Shown here: positions 46,001-60,650 of the stretch, piece after piece
Position numbering within the stretch: the stretch's first letter is position 1
Layout: every line of letters starts with the position of its first letter
Assembly (NCBI GenBank): GCA_964016885.1
Contig: OZ024749.1
Location: 434,001-498,000, forward strand
From: Eledone cirrhosa
Lineage: Eukaryota
Length of the DNA stretch: 64,000 nt
Reading direction: 5' to 3'
Program-made: the position numbers and the translations under genes
The notes under the pieces: model-generated
Databases searched by the model: none
Seen by the model: the letters and a program-made list of their open reading frames with translations, nothing else
Told to the model about the DNA's origin: nothing

Positions 46001-47322
46001 TGGGTGTAACAGGTAAATTGGGAATATTTAAATATCTTTATTATAATTGGTAGAACTTGGAAAAATCAAACACTGCAAATATGTTTCAACAGTCGATCGA
46101 TTTTCATAAAATTGGATCGAGGAAACAATTTTTCAGTTGGTTTTTCCAATTGCTAATACTATCTATCAGTCGCAACTCCAGATAGAAGGAGCAACGTGAA
46201 ATAAAGTGTCTTGTTCAAGGACATAACGCATCGCCTGGTCCAGGAATCGAGCTCACAACCTCACGATTGCGAATCCAATTCTCTACCCACTCATCCATAC
46301 ACCTCACATATTATGTTTCTGCCAATTTATTGTGGAGTTTTTAGCACTTATTTCAGTTCAACGTGACCGCCATTTGCTTTCTTTACCAGTTCAATCTGTT
46401 TACGAAATGATGAGCATGCTTTAACTATTTCTCTCTTTTTCATTTTACTGAATGCTTGCTTGATCGAAGCCTTCAGTGAAGACATACAGTTGTGAGAAGT
46501 TGTGTTGTATATTGGTGAGCTAGAGGGCCCTAGATATCTTTAGGGACAAACATGGTAATTCCTTCTTAAAAAATTCTTGCACTCTTTTCAAAGAATGGAC
46601 AACCATGACTCGACTTGCATCATAATGCTTCCTAATCCAAGGTAACAAAACTTCTAAGATTATGAGATACTTTGCTCTGTTGATTTTAAGACCCACTTCA
46701 ATAAAATGAGGAGGCATCAATTTCCAATCACAACAGCTCCAAAGACCAAATTCTTTCTATGCATAGCTGAAGGTAAAATCTCTTCATCCACAAGGATGCA
46801 GACATCTCCGCCATGATGTTTCAGATGAATAAGAAGTTTGGCACTTCTTTCAGCCCGTATAGCTATGGAGTGGGTAGTTAGGATGTTACTGTCTCCTCAC
46901 ATACGATTTCATATGGAGGTCTTGTCTCACAGCCCTAGAAAAAGTCATTATACTGATTCCTCGATCTTGAGCTAACTTCATCATCAATTTTGATGGGTTT
47001 GACTCAATCGATCTTTTAAGTCCTACTAAGAAGCGAGATGTGTGTTTTCAGTCACTGCGAGGACTGTGAGACTTTCTCTGAACATCCCGACTTTTCTTCA
47101 AATTGGCTACAACTCTAAAAACAGTAGATTTGGAATACTTTGTGGCTCTAACAACCTCACAGCACTTTTGCCTGTGCAGAATAATTCAGCAATTACACTT
47201 CTATGGTTTAATCCTCATTTAATATTCAAGCTGGTAATACTGAAAATTTAAACTCCGACAAAATGTATACAATTAGAAATATACCAATTTGAAACTTGTC
47301 CCAATTTACCTGTTACACCCTG
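46001..47322 (-). mobile_element. Second decayed Tc1/mariner-type element with intact TIRs and a nested SINE
   Basis: TIRs gggtgtaacaggtaaattggga / tcccaatttacctgttacaccc. Remnant MPPHFIEVGLKIN..YL.IL..LLPWI. Confidence 0.78.
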
Positions 47323-47954
47323 TGTGTATATATATATACACATATAGGAATAAACGGACTGTGTAGTTGCTGGATAAGGAATACTTATAAAAAGAGGAAA
47401 GCAAGAACAGGAGAAAATTTTCCTTCATTAGTTGTCTGCTGGAGGTCTTGGACATTTCAATGCATTAAAGACAATATGTCTCACCCCAGGGTGTCAATAA
47501 CTCAAGGAAGTTATTGAGAAAAAAAGGGAAAGAGAGAAAAAAATAGTAACAGAAGGGAAGAGGGAAAAAAAAGGAAAAAACAGCGAGAAAAAAGTGAAAA
47601 CAAACGGAAAGCAACATACTGAATTGGGAAACCAGAAGCACACATGTGTGAGCAACTGGAAGAGAGAGAAAATGTCTGACCTCCACAAGAATGAGACAGC
47701 TAGAGGAACAGGTGAGAGAAACAGTGAGGTGGCTAGCAGAGAGAGGGAGAGGAAGAAAGAGGGAGAAGAGTTGATAGCAACAAAATAGATAGGGAGAAAG
47801 AGAGGATAGGTCACAGCGAAACTTGATACAAATTTTTGTTTTCCTCTTTTTATAAGTATATATATATATATATATATATAGATTATATATATATATATAT
47901 GTTAGGTAATTCCGAAGGAAAAAGAGTGCTCTATGTATAGAACAGAGCTATTTA

Positions 47955-48390
47955 ATGAGAAAGAGAACACCACAAAATATATATACTACTCCATTACCAA
48001 AGGTTTCTGGATCCCAGACAATAATAATATATATCTGGATAAGTTGTCAGACAGATATGTTATGGATAAAAGATTTGAAATGAATGTGTGTATGTGTGTG
48101 TATATGTATGCACACATCTTTTTCTATATTGCTATATATTTTTATATAGTATTTTTCTTACCCTTCTTTTCTTAGGGAAAAGTGGACGTAAAATGATGAT
48201 GATGATGATGATGATTTCCCGTTATTTTTCCAGCCTCACTTCCAATTTTTAACAGATTTTAATTCTCATTTCATATCTTTTATCCATAACATCTGTCTGA
48301 AGACCGATCCAGACGTATATTATTATTGTCTGGGATCCAGAAACCTTTGATAATGGAGTAGTTATATTTTGTGTTGTTCACTTTCTAATT
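47955..48390. repeat. Inverted pair (~47955-48085 / 48262-48390) with a degenerate hammerhead-like motif
   Basis: tactactccatta.caaaggtttctggatcccagacaataat is mirrored. The plus arm has CTGAAGA...stem...GAAAC. Confidence 0.55.
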
Positions 48391-49037
48391 ATATATAGGG
48401 ACATTCATACTACACTTGCATTTACACCTAGCCACTGTCACCCATGCTCACATGCACTTTAACTCTAACCCATGCTAGAGTGGAAGAAAGACGTTAAATG
48501 ACGATGATGATGACACACTACACCTTACACTGATACACACACACATATCCGCACAGCTTCATACAAACAATAAATAAACACAACATACACTTAAACATTT
48601 CCTACTATATCAAGCATAAATCTAATATATTTCTTCATTATACTGCGTTGTTTGCTTTGTTACGTCTGGTTGCCTTTTCATACATATATATATATATAAA
48701 AATGTAAATGTGGTTGGTGTTAGGAAGTGCATCCAGCCGTAGAAAACCTGCCAGATAGTTCTATATGAGCGAGACACGGTCACCCAACCAACCTTGCCTC
48801 AAGTGGGACAACTCCCGTCTAACCCATGCTAGCGTGGAAAGTGGACGTTAAGCGAGGATGATGATGATAGTAATATAGGAAGTTATAGTGGAATAGTTCA
48901 CTATTTTCATTGGTAAGATGAGTTAAGCTCAATGAAGTTTTTTACCCTTCATTCTTCAGGAACGAACATTGAAACAGCTTTTTATCGATGTATAAATAAA
49001 TACTAATCCTTGGTCTTATTGAATTTTGAATTATTTA

Positions 49038-50142
49038 TCTATACATATATATAAAACTGTTGTTGTCTGTGTGTGTGTCCTCATTTTTGCAAAGTCTATA
49101 CAAATCCACATTTCTACTCCGATTGACTTGCGGTCTAAAGATATTAACTGCAGCTTTTATTTTTCAATTTTCTGTTGTTAAAGGGGTGTTAGGCGCCGGT
49201 TATCGATCTCCCTTATAATATCTGTCTGTATGTCTGCATTATTTTCGCTATTTTCCGTTCATTGCCAGGGAACGTCTTCACGAACCAAAGTATCGTCTTC
49301 CTGTTTTCCTTCGGTTGCAACGTTTTTCGAAATATTTACTTCTGCGTTCACAGATTGATTTTTTTAGTTTCAGAAGATCCCATTAAGGGTGAATGAAAGC
49401 AGTGATTCTTTGCTTAAACTTTAATCTGTTATTTTAATATATAATATAAGTGAGGCAAGCCAGCCCAGTTGCACTTCTTCCCAATAAACATTAACCCATT
49501 GTGCGCCATTCATCTAACTGTAGACCAACAAATTCCAACTAAATGGAGCGTTGACAAGAACGATGGCGAATGAATCCTCCAGGTAAGCAGTTTCCTCCCG
49601 AGCTGTTAGTTCGCGCGGGATTCTCTGCTACACCTTTTCGTAACAATACCGAACAACGTACTACTGGTCACTCCTTCCTCCAAAAGCCGTACAAATTGGA
49701 CGTGTGCATCGGGCAGATGGATCGGGTGCAAATCTACACCGGGCCTATGCGAGAAATTCGCAAGGGACTGCACCGAGAGGGATAGAGAGAAAGAGTAACT
49801 TAGTGAAAAGAGTGCGAAAGAACTTTTGAGGTAAGTAGCCAACGCCTTACTGCTATTGCACTGGAACCTTCTGCCAACTTAACCTGTGACTTTCTCTTTC
49901 ACATTTACTCCAATAGGCCAAAACAGAGGAGTATGAAAAGAAGGGGCTCAACAATATTTTCTATGAACAATGCACGTAGACATCTAAACTCTACTTTCAA
50001 CTTCTTAATTTTCTCCAAATAAAACAAGTTTCCTGTCGGTATATTTTCGCGAGTTTTTAACAGGCACTCACAAATAAACGTTTCTCATTGGAGGTGCTAT
50101 TACCAATGTTCTTACCCGTGCAACGCCGGGATACACTGCTAG
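49038..50142 (+). mobile_element. Non-autonomous Helitron
   Basis: A|TCTATA start, subterminal hairpin cccg-tgcaacgc-cggg, and CTAG|T end. Confidence 0.75.
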
Positions 50143-50191
50143 TATATATATATATATATGGCTTTTTGCTACAATATTTTCAATACCTTTC

Positions 50192-50229
<38 letters not shown>

Positions 50230-51012
50230 CGAGTGTGTATATTAGATGTGAACGTATATGTTGTCTATTGTGGATAATGTATATATATTTTTGACATATG
50301 TATATAATCTCATTTGTATATCTAATTTATATTTCCTGGCCTGGCCTGGTTTGAATAACAATTTTTAGACGGTTTATAACACAAATAGAAAAGTTTAAAA
50401 TAAGACAATAAATTAGTGAAAAAAAAACGCAATAATGATAAAAATTGCTGAAATACCTTGAAAATATTTATGTCTTTAGCCAGAGATTTGATAGGAAATA
50501 CGTATATATTAGGTTGATATGTGGTCTTATATATATATATTGTCTGATAGCAGATGCTCTAGTAGTTTTACTACTACAGATTGTAATAAAACTCTTAGTA
50601 GACACAATTGTAAAGTAAGAATAGATATGACAGTGTAAGACGTGTGTATGTATATATATATATAATTGTTACACAAAATATAATTAGATTAATTAAAGTT
50701 ATAATGAAGACGGCAGCTACATGGCGTCGTTGACAATGCTTCAAGACTCTTACCGGTGTCATACGTTAAGAGTCCCTGATATAATTTAATACATTCAGAC
50801 ATAGTCCCAACAGTTTTTAATTGATGTTAAATTAAAAAGTATCACTCAGTAAAATATCAATTATATATCGATGACGAACGCTCTTCGTAGTAATTCTACC
50901 TGCTAGAAATAGCAGCGAAATTATATTTTACAAGTTTGTCTTTTAAACTCTCTTGTACAGTCTCCGGAATAAGGTCGAAGACTGCCAAGTGTATGTGTAT
51001 ATGGACATATCA

Positions 51013-51047
<35 letters not shown>

Positions 51048-51067
51048 ATGTTTATATAGATATACAT

Positions 51068-53010
51068 ATTATCATCACCGTTTAACGTCCATTTTTCCAC
51101 GTTAGCATGGTTTAGATAAGTTGCACCATTGTGAGACAAGCCTGGTCCGGTAACCATGTCCTACTCATGCAGAACTGCTTTTGGCTTGGTTTTTATGGCT
51201 GGATGCCCTTCCTAACACCAACCACATTTGGATGGGTGCTGGGGTAGATCTATGAGGGGTGGACTGTTTTGGTGTAGATGGAGTGTTAGGACGTGGGAGG
51301 TGCAGGATGGGGAGGGACATGGATGAAGGGAGGGACATGGATGAAGGGAGGGGCGTTAGAACATGGAGATGTATGGAAGGGGGAGGGGTAGGTAGTGCAT
51401 ACAAAATGCATGTTGCAATCTGTGCACATGGGAAGTCGGAGTTTCTGTATTACTGCATACCACCATTGATCTTGTTCTTGCGTCATCGCCTTTGTGAGGT
51501 GCAATTGTGCAAGATCAGCTTTTATCACCTCATTCCAAGTTTTCCTCTGTCTTCCTATTCCATAGCTTCCATCAATTTTGAGCACTCTGCAACTTTTTGT
51601 GCAGCTGTCATCCTTCATACACATCACATGACCATTAGCAATGTAATCCTGTATCTGATCCCTCTTATGCCCAAGTTCTCTCCTTGCCATTCATGTATAT
51701 TACTATTATTCTTCCATTGAAGCATGGAAGCTTCATTTCTTTCTAATCTTTGTAGCTCCTCTACATAGATCGCCCAAGTCACCCTGCCATACAACTTTGC
51801 TGCTCATATACACGTATCATACAATTCGTCCTTTATTTTGTGGGAAAAACCTTTTGAGGCTAACAGAGGTAGTAGCTCTTTGATCTTTCTATATCCTGTT
51901 TCACGCTACCTTCGGAACATCCACATCCACTACTAATTTGGTTACTCATGTAACGGAAACTATAAACTATTTCTACAGACACTCTTGGCATTTAAAGGAA
52001 TGAGTATCCTGTGGACTTTTGCGACTTACTGCACCTGTGCAATAATCACATATAAAGCCTGCGTGCTTACTTAGACAAATTGACTTTAAGACCTTTTGAT
52101 TCTAGGCTGTGCTTCCAGGTTTGGAATTTCTTCTCTACTTCTGCCATAGATTCAGCTATAAGAGTTAGATCTTCAGCATAGAATAGCTCCAATGGACAGC
52201 CAGTCTTAAACTATTCTGTTATAGCCTGCAGGAAGGTAATAAACAGGATAGGGATAAGAACAGAGCCTTGATATACACCAGCCTGTACACTAAATTCTTC
52301 ACTATAGACATTGTTAATTCTAACCTTGCTGACTATATATGGCTTGTATTGCTCTCACAGGCTACTCAGCTACTACTAGAACTCACCAAATAATCGAAAA
52401 AAGGTCTCCGTCAAAAGCTTTTTCCAAATGTGTGACAAGTATAGGGGTTTACTTTTCCTGCAGTTGCCTCACGAGGAACAGAGCATCAGTTGTACGTTTA
52501 CCTGGCACAAATCTCATCTAGGTGTATATGATCTCTAATCTCTTGTGTGATAACTCTTTCTGTGACCTTCATGACCAGGTCAATCAACTTGATGCCTCAA
52601 TAGTTTTCTCTGTCTAGGGCTTCTCCTTTGCCCTTGTAGCACTTGGTAATGATGATGCTATGCCAGTCATTTGGTATGACATTATTTTGTATTAGTTGGT
52701 TAAGGTGTGACCCACCATCCCGATGCTTTCAGCATCTCGGCAACTATCCCAGAGGGTCCAGCTGCTTTACCTGTCTTCATATCTTTGATTGCCTTACTTA
52801 CTATACTACTGCTGACTTGTACAGCCAGTCCCTCTGTTGGGTTTATTTGGGGCAACCTATCTTTTTCCCATGCATTCTCCTCATTCAGTAGTCTTTCATA
52901 GTGGTACTTCCATGCTACCTTCTTTTCAGAGTCACTGAGTACAAGTATGACATTATCATCTCGGACACACTCTTCTCCATCAACATCACAATTTTTCCAA
53001 AGAAAACTTC
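51068..53010 (-). mobile_element. Old, heavily mutated RTE LINE
   Basis: Homologous to 9986-13017: QGSVL.P, LFYAED, GHVMCMKDDSC, GRQRKTW. Confidence 0.85.
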
Positions 53011-53951
53011 ATGCATTTGGTCCTGTATAAATGTTTCATATACTTAACATATATGTGCAACCATTGGTTTCAGGGTCCAGTTATGGCCACCATTGTATAT
53101 TGGGGGAGGCACTTCCAAACTGACCCCTCGTTATGCAGATGGATAAATATAAAAAAAAGGAAGTTCTTTCCTCCAACAATTTTCGTATTGGAAAAAAGGT
53201 AGCTAATTCTTGAGAGGTGGAATTGTGAGGCTTAATTTATCTGTGAGTAATATAAGTTTCCTGTTAATTATCTAAAACCTTTGATTCTCTTGACTGGATT
53301 AGAAATCAAGGGAAGTAACTTTTGGTGTTGTTGGCTTTTCAGCTATTTTGTAAATAGCTAAAACAAGGTAAAAATACATAAGATACAAAATAGAAATATA
53401 TATATATACACACACAAATATATATGTACACACACACATACATATATATATTCCTCCAATATTTAAATTCTGAGATGTAAAATGTTGAATGTATGCGTGA
53501 TCATTGAGTAAAATGTAATTGTTTCAACAAGCCATTATTTTGTGTGGCATGCTCATTGAAAGGTACGGAGGCAGTGTTATGGAGGATTTAGCAAGTCTGA
53601 TGAGAGGGCGTCTTGCAGTGTGGGTTTCCGGTTTTAATGCAAACTAAGTCTAAAGACCTCAGTTTTTTTTAGGTGAAGTATAATGCTATATCTCTTTTTG
53701 TCTTAGCTTAGCATATTAACACCTTTTTCCTTTCATATTTTTAGTCTTTCCTTTTCTTCTTTACTCTATTTCTTCACACCTATCTATGACCCTTAACTTT
53801 GACCTTCCCTTATTACTAAACTTAACAAAACCACTAGAGGAGCATATGTCTAATAATTTGACCTCTTACACTCTGGTATACCTAGCTTGGTCATTAAATA
53901 TGATAATCATACTTTTCTTTCCTGCTATCTTACCCTATATTTTATAATATA

Positions 53952-56530
53952 CTAGCGGAGCTACCCGGCTTTGCTCAGTGTTAAAAAGCTTATTTAGAAA
54001 AGAATAATATTAACATTTTAATCGTTATTTAAAAACTTCTGTAATTTAGTTTCTATTTTTTAGATTTTAACATTTATCTTTAAATGACTGAATGACTGAC
54101 GAATTTAAAGAAAATTCGTTATAAGAACATTTAATTTGTTTTACTGAAGTGCTTTTGGATACACAATGTTTTTTGTTTTTCCTTCTGGTGCGTACACGAA
54201 TAAATCAGAAGGTTTACCGACGCGTGAGCAAGCCACATACAGCTGTCCATGTGAGAAGCATGGATTTTCTAAATTTAGTCCACACACTTGTAGCGATTGT
54301 CCTTGTGCTTTGTTGATAGTCATTGCAAAGGCGAGTCGCACCGGAAACTGCAAACGTTTGAAATCGAATGGCGTATCTGTTGGAATGATTGGGATGCGTG
54401 GCAAGAGTACATCTTCTCCTTTAAATTTTCCATTTAAAATTGTAGCCTCGATGATATTGTTCATCGTCTTTTTCACTGAAAGTCTGGTACCGTTGCAAAG
54501 TTGTGGTGGATTGATGTTTCGGAGAAGGATGATAGGCACGCCAATTTTCAATGTTAAAATGTGCGGTGGCATGCCTGGCAAATCAAGTGAATTCAAGAAT
54601 TCAATTGGATAATTGATAATTTCGTCTTGATTCATTACAGTATCGATGGACTTATACGTTGTCGCTTCGCCTGGTATTTCGTTTTGAATGCTGAAATTAA
54701 TGGCATTGACATCGGTGTTTTTGGCTGCTAATATAGCACGTACACTGAGCCACTGATGATTTTTGTAATGCTGCGCAATATTTGGGAACACTTTGTGAAT
54801 CAGTTCGTCTCTGGTTGCCGTGATTCTACAGAAGTTTGTTGGCAATGTGATACATTTTGTGGAATCATCGATTACCATTTTCCCATTCCCAATATCCAGC
54901 AATTGTTTTGTGAAACGTTCAGCGGATGCGTCATTTTGTAGTTGTACACGCATATTGTTTTTGAAAGTTAATTTCTGTATGTGTTGCCATAAAACTGATG
55001 ATTTGAGACATGCATTAAGCTCATCAGCGGGTGTTGATCGCGGTATAACTGGTAGAGTTTGTCGAAAATCACCAGACAATAAAATGAGTGTGACACCGAA
55101 GAGCTGTTCATTTCCTTTCAAATCTTTTAGCGTATTATTAAGCGCTTCCAATGATTTTTTGTGCGCCATAGTACATTCGTCCCATATAATGATTTTACAT
55201 GATTGGAGTACTTTACCTATACCAGAATTTTTGGTAATATTGCATGTTGATGTCTCAGCGATTTGCATATTCAATGGCAATTTCAGGGCTGAATGTGCTG
55301 TTCGGCCACCATCTAAAAGAATTGCCGCAATTCCAGATGATGCGATTGCCAGTGCAATATTATTTTCTGATCGTATAGTTGCCAAAATAAGTGAAATGAG
55401 AAAAGTTTTGCCTGTACCACCGGGCGCATCTATAAAATACAATCCGCCGCTTTGACTTATAATTGCCTGCATAATTTGGTCATATACTATGCGTTGTTCT
55501 GGTAGCAATTTTGGAAGATTCGTTTGAACAAATGTACCCAATTCGGCGACATCAAAGTTTGTTTCTCGTTGCAAATCACGATCGAAAATGTTGTTTACAG
55601 ATCGATTCGGCGCAGGCATTCCCAATTGTACCAATGTTTTGTTAGCGATTGCTAAACATATGACCTCAATGGAAACCAATGCTTCATTATACACATTTTG
55701 TGTGAATTGAATATTCATATTTTGATTTGTTGCACGCAAACGATGTAGGATGTCTTCACTCATGTAGTCTTTATATTTTTCCCAAAGATCTTTTGGATTT
55801 GATGGGAAGCACGTTGTCAATATTATTGAGACTAATGTGCGTATTTGCTTTGGTCGAGCAGTATTCGATGCATCAGCGAGTGAAGTGTCCCAATGTCCAT
55901 CATTTTCAAGAAGATTTAATTCTTGGCAAGCTTCACGATAAGTGGCACATACTTGACCGTTTACTGTTCTCAATTCTTGGAATGATGTCGGTCCACGTAT
56001 GTGTCCAGGTCAGGAAAATAAGGACAGACGAAATGAAGATATCAAATTACAGCACTTAGTTAAGGGCTAGCTGAAAAAGAATTCCCTGTAATGGGAGTGG
56101 AAGGGAAGTAATGTGAAACAGACACTATACTAATTCTATTGAAATTATATTAAATTAAAGAGAGAATTTACTAATTCTATTGAAATTATATTAAATTAAA
56201 GAGAGAATACTAATTCTATTGAAATTATCTTTAATTAAAAAAATTTCACACTCGCTCTTTCACTCACTCTTTGTCTATACGTTGATTTCTCTTTCTCCGT
56301 TTATAGCACTCTCTCTTTGTCTATACGTTGCTCTTTCACTCTCTCTTTGTCTATACGTTGATTTCTCTTTCTCCGTTTATAACTTTAGAGACAGTCTAAT
56401 ATAGGGAGTGGTTCAAAGCAGCCAGACTACTCGCTCTTTCACTCTCTGTTTGAATATACGTTGATTTCTCTTTCTCCGTTTATATCTTTGGACAAACAAA
56501 CAAACATACATTCATTTTTATATATATAGA
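53952..56530 (-). mobile_element. Internally deleted Helitron retaining the PIF1-like helicase
   Basis: 3' end is a hairpin + CTAG|T at 53952. Candidate 5' end A|TCTATATAT at 56530. Short tandem repeats at 56128-56240 and 56270-56480. Confidence 0.8.
54141..55973 (-). CDS. Helitron RepHel C-terminal PIF1-family (SF1) helicase; the Rep/HUH domain is missing
   Basis: DAPGGTGKT, GGRTAHS, IWDECTM, GDFRQTLPV, CNGTRL, FAMTINKAQGQSL, HGQLYVACSRV. Confidence 0.93.
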   Translation of the reverse strand: MRTVNGQVCATYREACQELNLLENDGHWDTSLADASNTARPKQIRTLVSIILTTCFPSNPKDLWEKYKDYMSEDILHRLRATNQNMNIQFTQNVYNEALVSIEVICLAIANKTLVQLGMPAPNRSVNNIFDRDLQRETNFDVAELGTFVQTNLPKLLPEQRIVYDQIMQAIISQSGGLYFIDAPGGTGKTFLISLILATIRSENNIALAIASSGIAAILLDGGRTAHSALKLPLNMQIAETSTCNITKNSGIGKVLQSCKIIIWDECTMAHKKSLEALNNTLKDLKGNEQLFGVTLILLSGDFRQTLPVIPRSTPADELNACLKSSVLWQHIQKLTFKNNMRVQLQNDASAERFTKQLLDIGNGKMVIDDSTKCITLPTNFCRITATRDELIHKVFPNIAQHYKNHQWLSVRAILAAKNTDVNAINFSIQNEIPGEATTYKSIDTVMNQDEIINYPIEFLNSLDLPGMPPHILTLKIGVPIILLRNINPPQLCNGTRLSVKKTMNNIIEATILNGKFKGEDVLLPRIPIIPTDTPFDFKRLQFPVRLAFAMTINKAQGQSLQVCGLNLENPCFSHGQLYVACSRVGKPSDLFVYAPEGKTKNIVYPKALQ

Positions 56531-58275
56531 TATTCAAAGTTATAGATAATGATATATATATATCCTTTTCTGGAAAGGGTATATTAACTCTGTTAGGTTT
56601 AAAGTATCCAACACACGCCATATCTCACTACGGTGTCCCAACGACTCCATTAAGAGTTACATACATGGTTTCATATCTAAGATGGAGAATTGGTCAAATA
56701 AAATACTTTGTGATATTCATTGCGGTGTTTTGCTGTCTTTCAAATCCCACCCGAGTCAACTTTTACTTTCATCCAGTCCTGGGATCTATTCTTTCTTTAT
56801 ATCCTTTTCTCACTTCCTTTCTCATTCTCTCTAAGAAATAAGTTGTGTTCCGACTCGCAGAGTGATTGGGCTCTGCTAGGTTTTAACTGTGCAAGACATG
56901 TCCAGAGGTCACGATAACATTCCTGAAACTCCACCAGGAGTTACAGATAAAATAAAAATGATGTTTTAATATCCAGATAATATAGTGGTTTCCAACCTGG
57001 GGTTTCGCAGAGGTAATACTGGGGGTCTGAGAATCACGTATCAAATTTGAAATAGTGATATATACACAAACACATTACATGTATGAACCTGTAACTCCTG
57101 AGGTAGCCATATGTGTTCCGTATTGACATACAGCATTTTTTAAAACCTGGTAGAGCTCATCTTCTCTCCAGACCCAAATACTGCAGATTTCTTCCAGAGA
57201 CTGACAGAGTGTGTGAGGATGGAAGTGAGAAAATGATTTTGAGGAAGAATTGAACGCAGTAATAGACAGGTAGTTTTTTTATCGACCATGAATGGATGAA
57301 AGGCAAAGTTGAACTTGGCGGTATTTGAATTAAATGAGTAGAAAGTCGAAACGAATACCCCCAAAACATTCTATCTGACGTTCTGACGACTCTGTCAATT
57401 TGCCGCCTTACACAAACCGATTACTGAGTCTCTGTTCTTCTCTAGCTATAAATATGTCTCTCAATTGTTATTTTCACTAGATGATAATCTGGGGGTATGG
57501 TGGGATAATTATAGCAGCAGTCCTATCCTACGAGTGTTGTAATAACTCACACATATGAAGGTTTAGCTGACCTCATACTAAGTTGTATCTCATAGGAGGT
57601 TTCTCAGGTGTATTATTGATAGAGGAAAGCAGTCTTATCATGAAAAATAATGTGAAATAAGAATACAATACCTCACCATGACCGGACTTTCACATGCTGA
57701 GGCCCTAAACTATATGAACATTTGAGGCCATTCTCTAAAAAAATGGTAAAGAAGAAATAGTATGTACTAGCTTCGAACACCCACCTCCCTGCAGTTCAAT
57801 AAATTCTCTTTCTAGTCTAATTCCTGACACAGGAATCGATCCCATGAACTTATGGTTGTTAGTTCACTACTTTAAACACCAGGACACACACCTTCACTGT
57901 GTTTTATGGTTGATTTAATCGACTTTCTCATCCCACCAAAACTATTGAGCTTGTGCCTAAATCAGAAACGAATTCCGTCGAGGTTAGCTTCTGCTTCCAT
58001 CCTATAAAATAAAGTAAGAGTAATGTATTGGGGTTTATTTAATCGATTGTCTCTTCCCACCAAAATTATTGGCTTAAATTAGAAACAATTATTACATGCA
58101 ACTGTGAGACGTGTGTAATTATAAAAACGTACCCTAAGTTTAATTACAATAATTTTTTTTTATATTTAGGTGGGGAGTGACACAAGTAAACCCTGTTGTA
58201 GCATGTCTATCTTCTCACTTTTTTAGTTGAATGGTTTTCTTTCGTAAATCATATTTATGATTTAAACTGCATATA

Positions 58276-58452
58276 CGAGGGTGGGCTGAAAATTTCACAG
58301 GCTGACTATGAAGGTATGATGCTAGGGCTGGGAAATCTTGCATGCATTAATTTCAACGCTTCTTATTAATAACTGCATAGTTTCTTTTCCAGAGACCACG
58401 TTGAAAAATAAACCTCATTTGGTCAGTCTATGAAATTTAAAGCCGACCCTCA
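58276..58452. mobile_element. mariner-type MITE
   Basis: TA-cgagggtgggctgaaaatttc ... gaaatttaaagccgaccctca-TA imperfect TIRs. Confidence 0.6.
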
Positions 58453-60459
58453 TATGTACCAAGATATTCCAGAAGTTAAAATAAAAAAATAGTGCAAAAC
58501 TTTAACGAAAACATATATACACACGTTTGTTTGTGTAGAGAGAGAGACAGAATTTACCACTAAATACAAAATAAGTTTGAATAGCATTCAGCGAGTAATA
58601 AAATCACAGTTTTGATATATAATGTATAAACATGTTTGAAGAGATGTGTATTTCACATACATTAATTACAATTATTTCCACTCCTCGTCCTTTCAGTAAA
58701 TGTGTTTGACTTCTTCTGTACATGTTCTTCTGGTGCCAAACGTCAAAATATTTACCATTCAAGAATAACAACTCTATTATCCGTCGCTGAGTTGTTACCC
58801 TTGCTATTCTTTTACCGGTACTAAAGTTTTTCAGAAAAAAATCAGTTACATATATGATGCTATCGCTTGATACTTAAGCATGAGCATCACGGACGTGGCT
58901 TTTTAGTCCTGCTAGGGACTTGCCTATGGCCAGCAATGCCATGCATTACAAAAAACGTCACATTTCAAGCGATGCCTGTGCTTGAAGCTTTTTTAAGTAA
59001 GGAAAGGCTTTACATGGGGCCAAAAAGTAAAACTGGTCTACATCATTGGATGCAAATGAAGTCGCAGGTTTTATATCAGAGTGACCTTCTCCTAGAGAGA
59101 TGTCTTAATGAAGACTAGGGGTCTCTCGCTCTCCAAAAAAGTTCCTCTGCCCTTTGACGGGTTTTGTTTTTCATCCCGCAGGATGTCCAAAATCGTCCTC
59201 CTCACTATGTAAGCTTGGTGTTATTGCTGGTTTAGTCGCCAACAACCTGACTATGCACAGATAGTACTGGGTTAAATGTTACCAGTAGCACTGAAGAGCG
59301 ACCTGATATACATACATACTCTTGGGTCCCAAATAATAGGGGCCGAAAATCGGTAATTTTTCTAGGTTGTCTCCGTTGATTTAAAAACAAAAACAGAATT
59401 AGTCGTTTAGTTTACATATTGAGAACCCCAACCCATCCTATTTATTTTATAACTTACGGGATTTCTAGTAGTGTTCTTTTTTGTGTCATGTATAATGTTT
59501 TTTTAATGTATAAAGGAAATAAATTGTTGCAGGAATGCTAGCATTACAACCCCACCTCACGGATCTCCTTCCTCAAGTGGGCTGCTGTCTTCCCAATACT
59601 GTATACATACTATGTATAGAGTATATATATGTAGAGAGGACCCTATGTAGTATCAAGGACATGACAACCATTCTAGTGTTGATCTACATCATGTTTTAAT
59701 GAGGTTAGTGATAGGAAGCATATCTAATTATAGAAAGCTTGCTAAAAAAAAGTTATGAGGACCCTTCTGTTGTGTTAAGGACATGACAACCTCCATAATG
59801 TTGGGATCTACATAGATGTACCCAGTGCAAGATGTAAAGTTGTTAGTGATAGGAAGGGTAGCCAGTCATAGGAAGCTTGTCAAAGGGCTGTGAGGGCTCT
59901 TCAGCTGTGTAAAGGACATGGCAACCTCCTTAGTGTTGGTGATCGTAGATGTACCCAGCCACAGAAAACTTGCCAAACAAAAGGTTGGGAAGACTGTTCA
60001 GTTGTGTCAAAGACATGACAACATCTTTAGTACTGATGCCACAATAAAATACTCAGTAGAATGTGGGACAATATGTAAATGAGATGTGGACCCCCCCACT
60101 CCACTCTGGTTTGTGAAGACCTGTCCAACCCTTGCTAGCAGGGAAAGTGGATGTTAAATGATGATGAGCTGTGATGTCACTGGTACCAAGCTGTGTCAGA
60201 CTTTACATTGGACAACTTATTTAGTGTATATATATTAGTATTGGTGTACCAATACTAATACCTAATTTTTGCTGAACCGGTAACCGCTCTGTTTAATCAG
60301 CTCTTAAATATTACTGGAATTCTATAAGAATCCAGCTTCTATAACTCTTGGCAGAGGCAAGGGAGTGTGTGGTCTTCATAAATGCTATATAGTGTATATA
60401 GCAGTTGTGACATATATAGTGTATATAGTAGTTGTTACATTATATATACTGTATATATA

Positions 60460-60650
60460 GGGCGGTGGATTGGCAGTATCGGTAGAGGGTTGGGTGCCAT
60501 GCTTTGAAGCTTAGAGTTACCTCCCTTTATGATCTGAGTTCAAATCCCGCCGAGGTTAACTTTTCCGTTCATCCTTACAGGGTCGATAAAATAAAGTACC
60601 AGTAATACACTGAGATAATTGCTGGCCTTGTGCCAAAAGTAGAAACAATT
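60460..60650 (+). mobile_element. Meta-domain-like tRNA SINE in the minisatellite (copy 1)
   Basis: A and B boxes, core tcatccttacagggtcgataaa, ends gtagaaacaatt. Confidence 0.9.
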
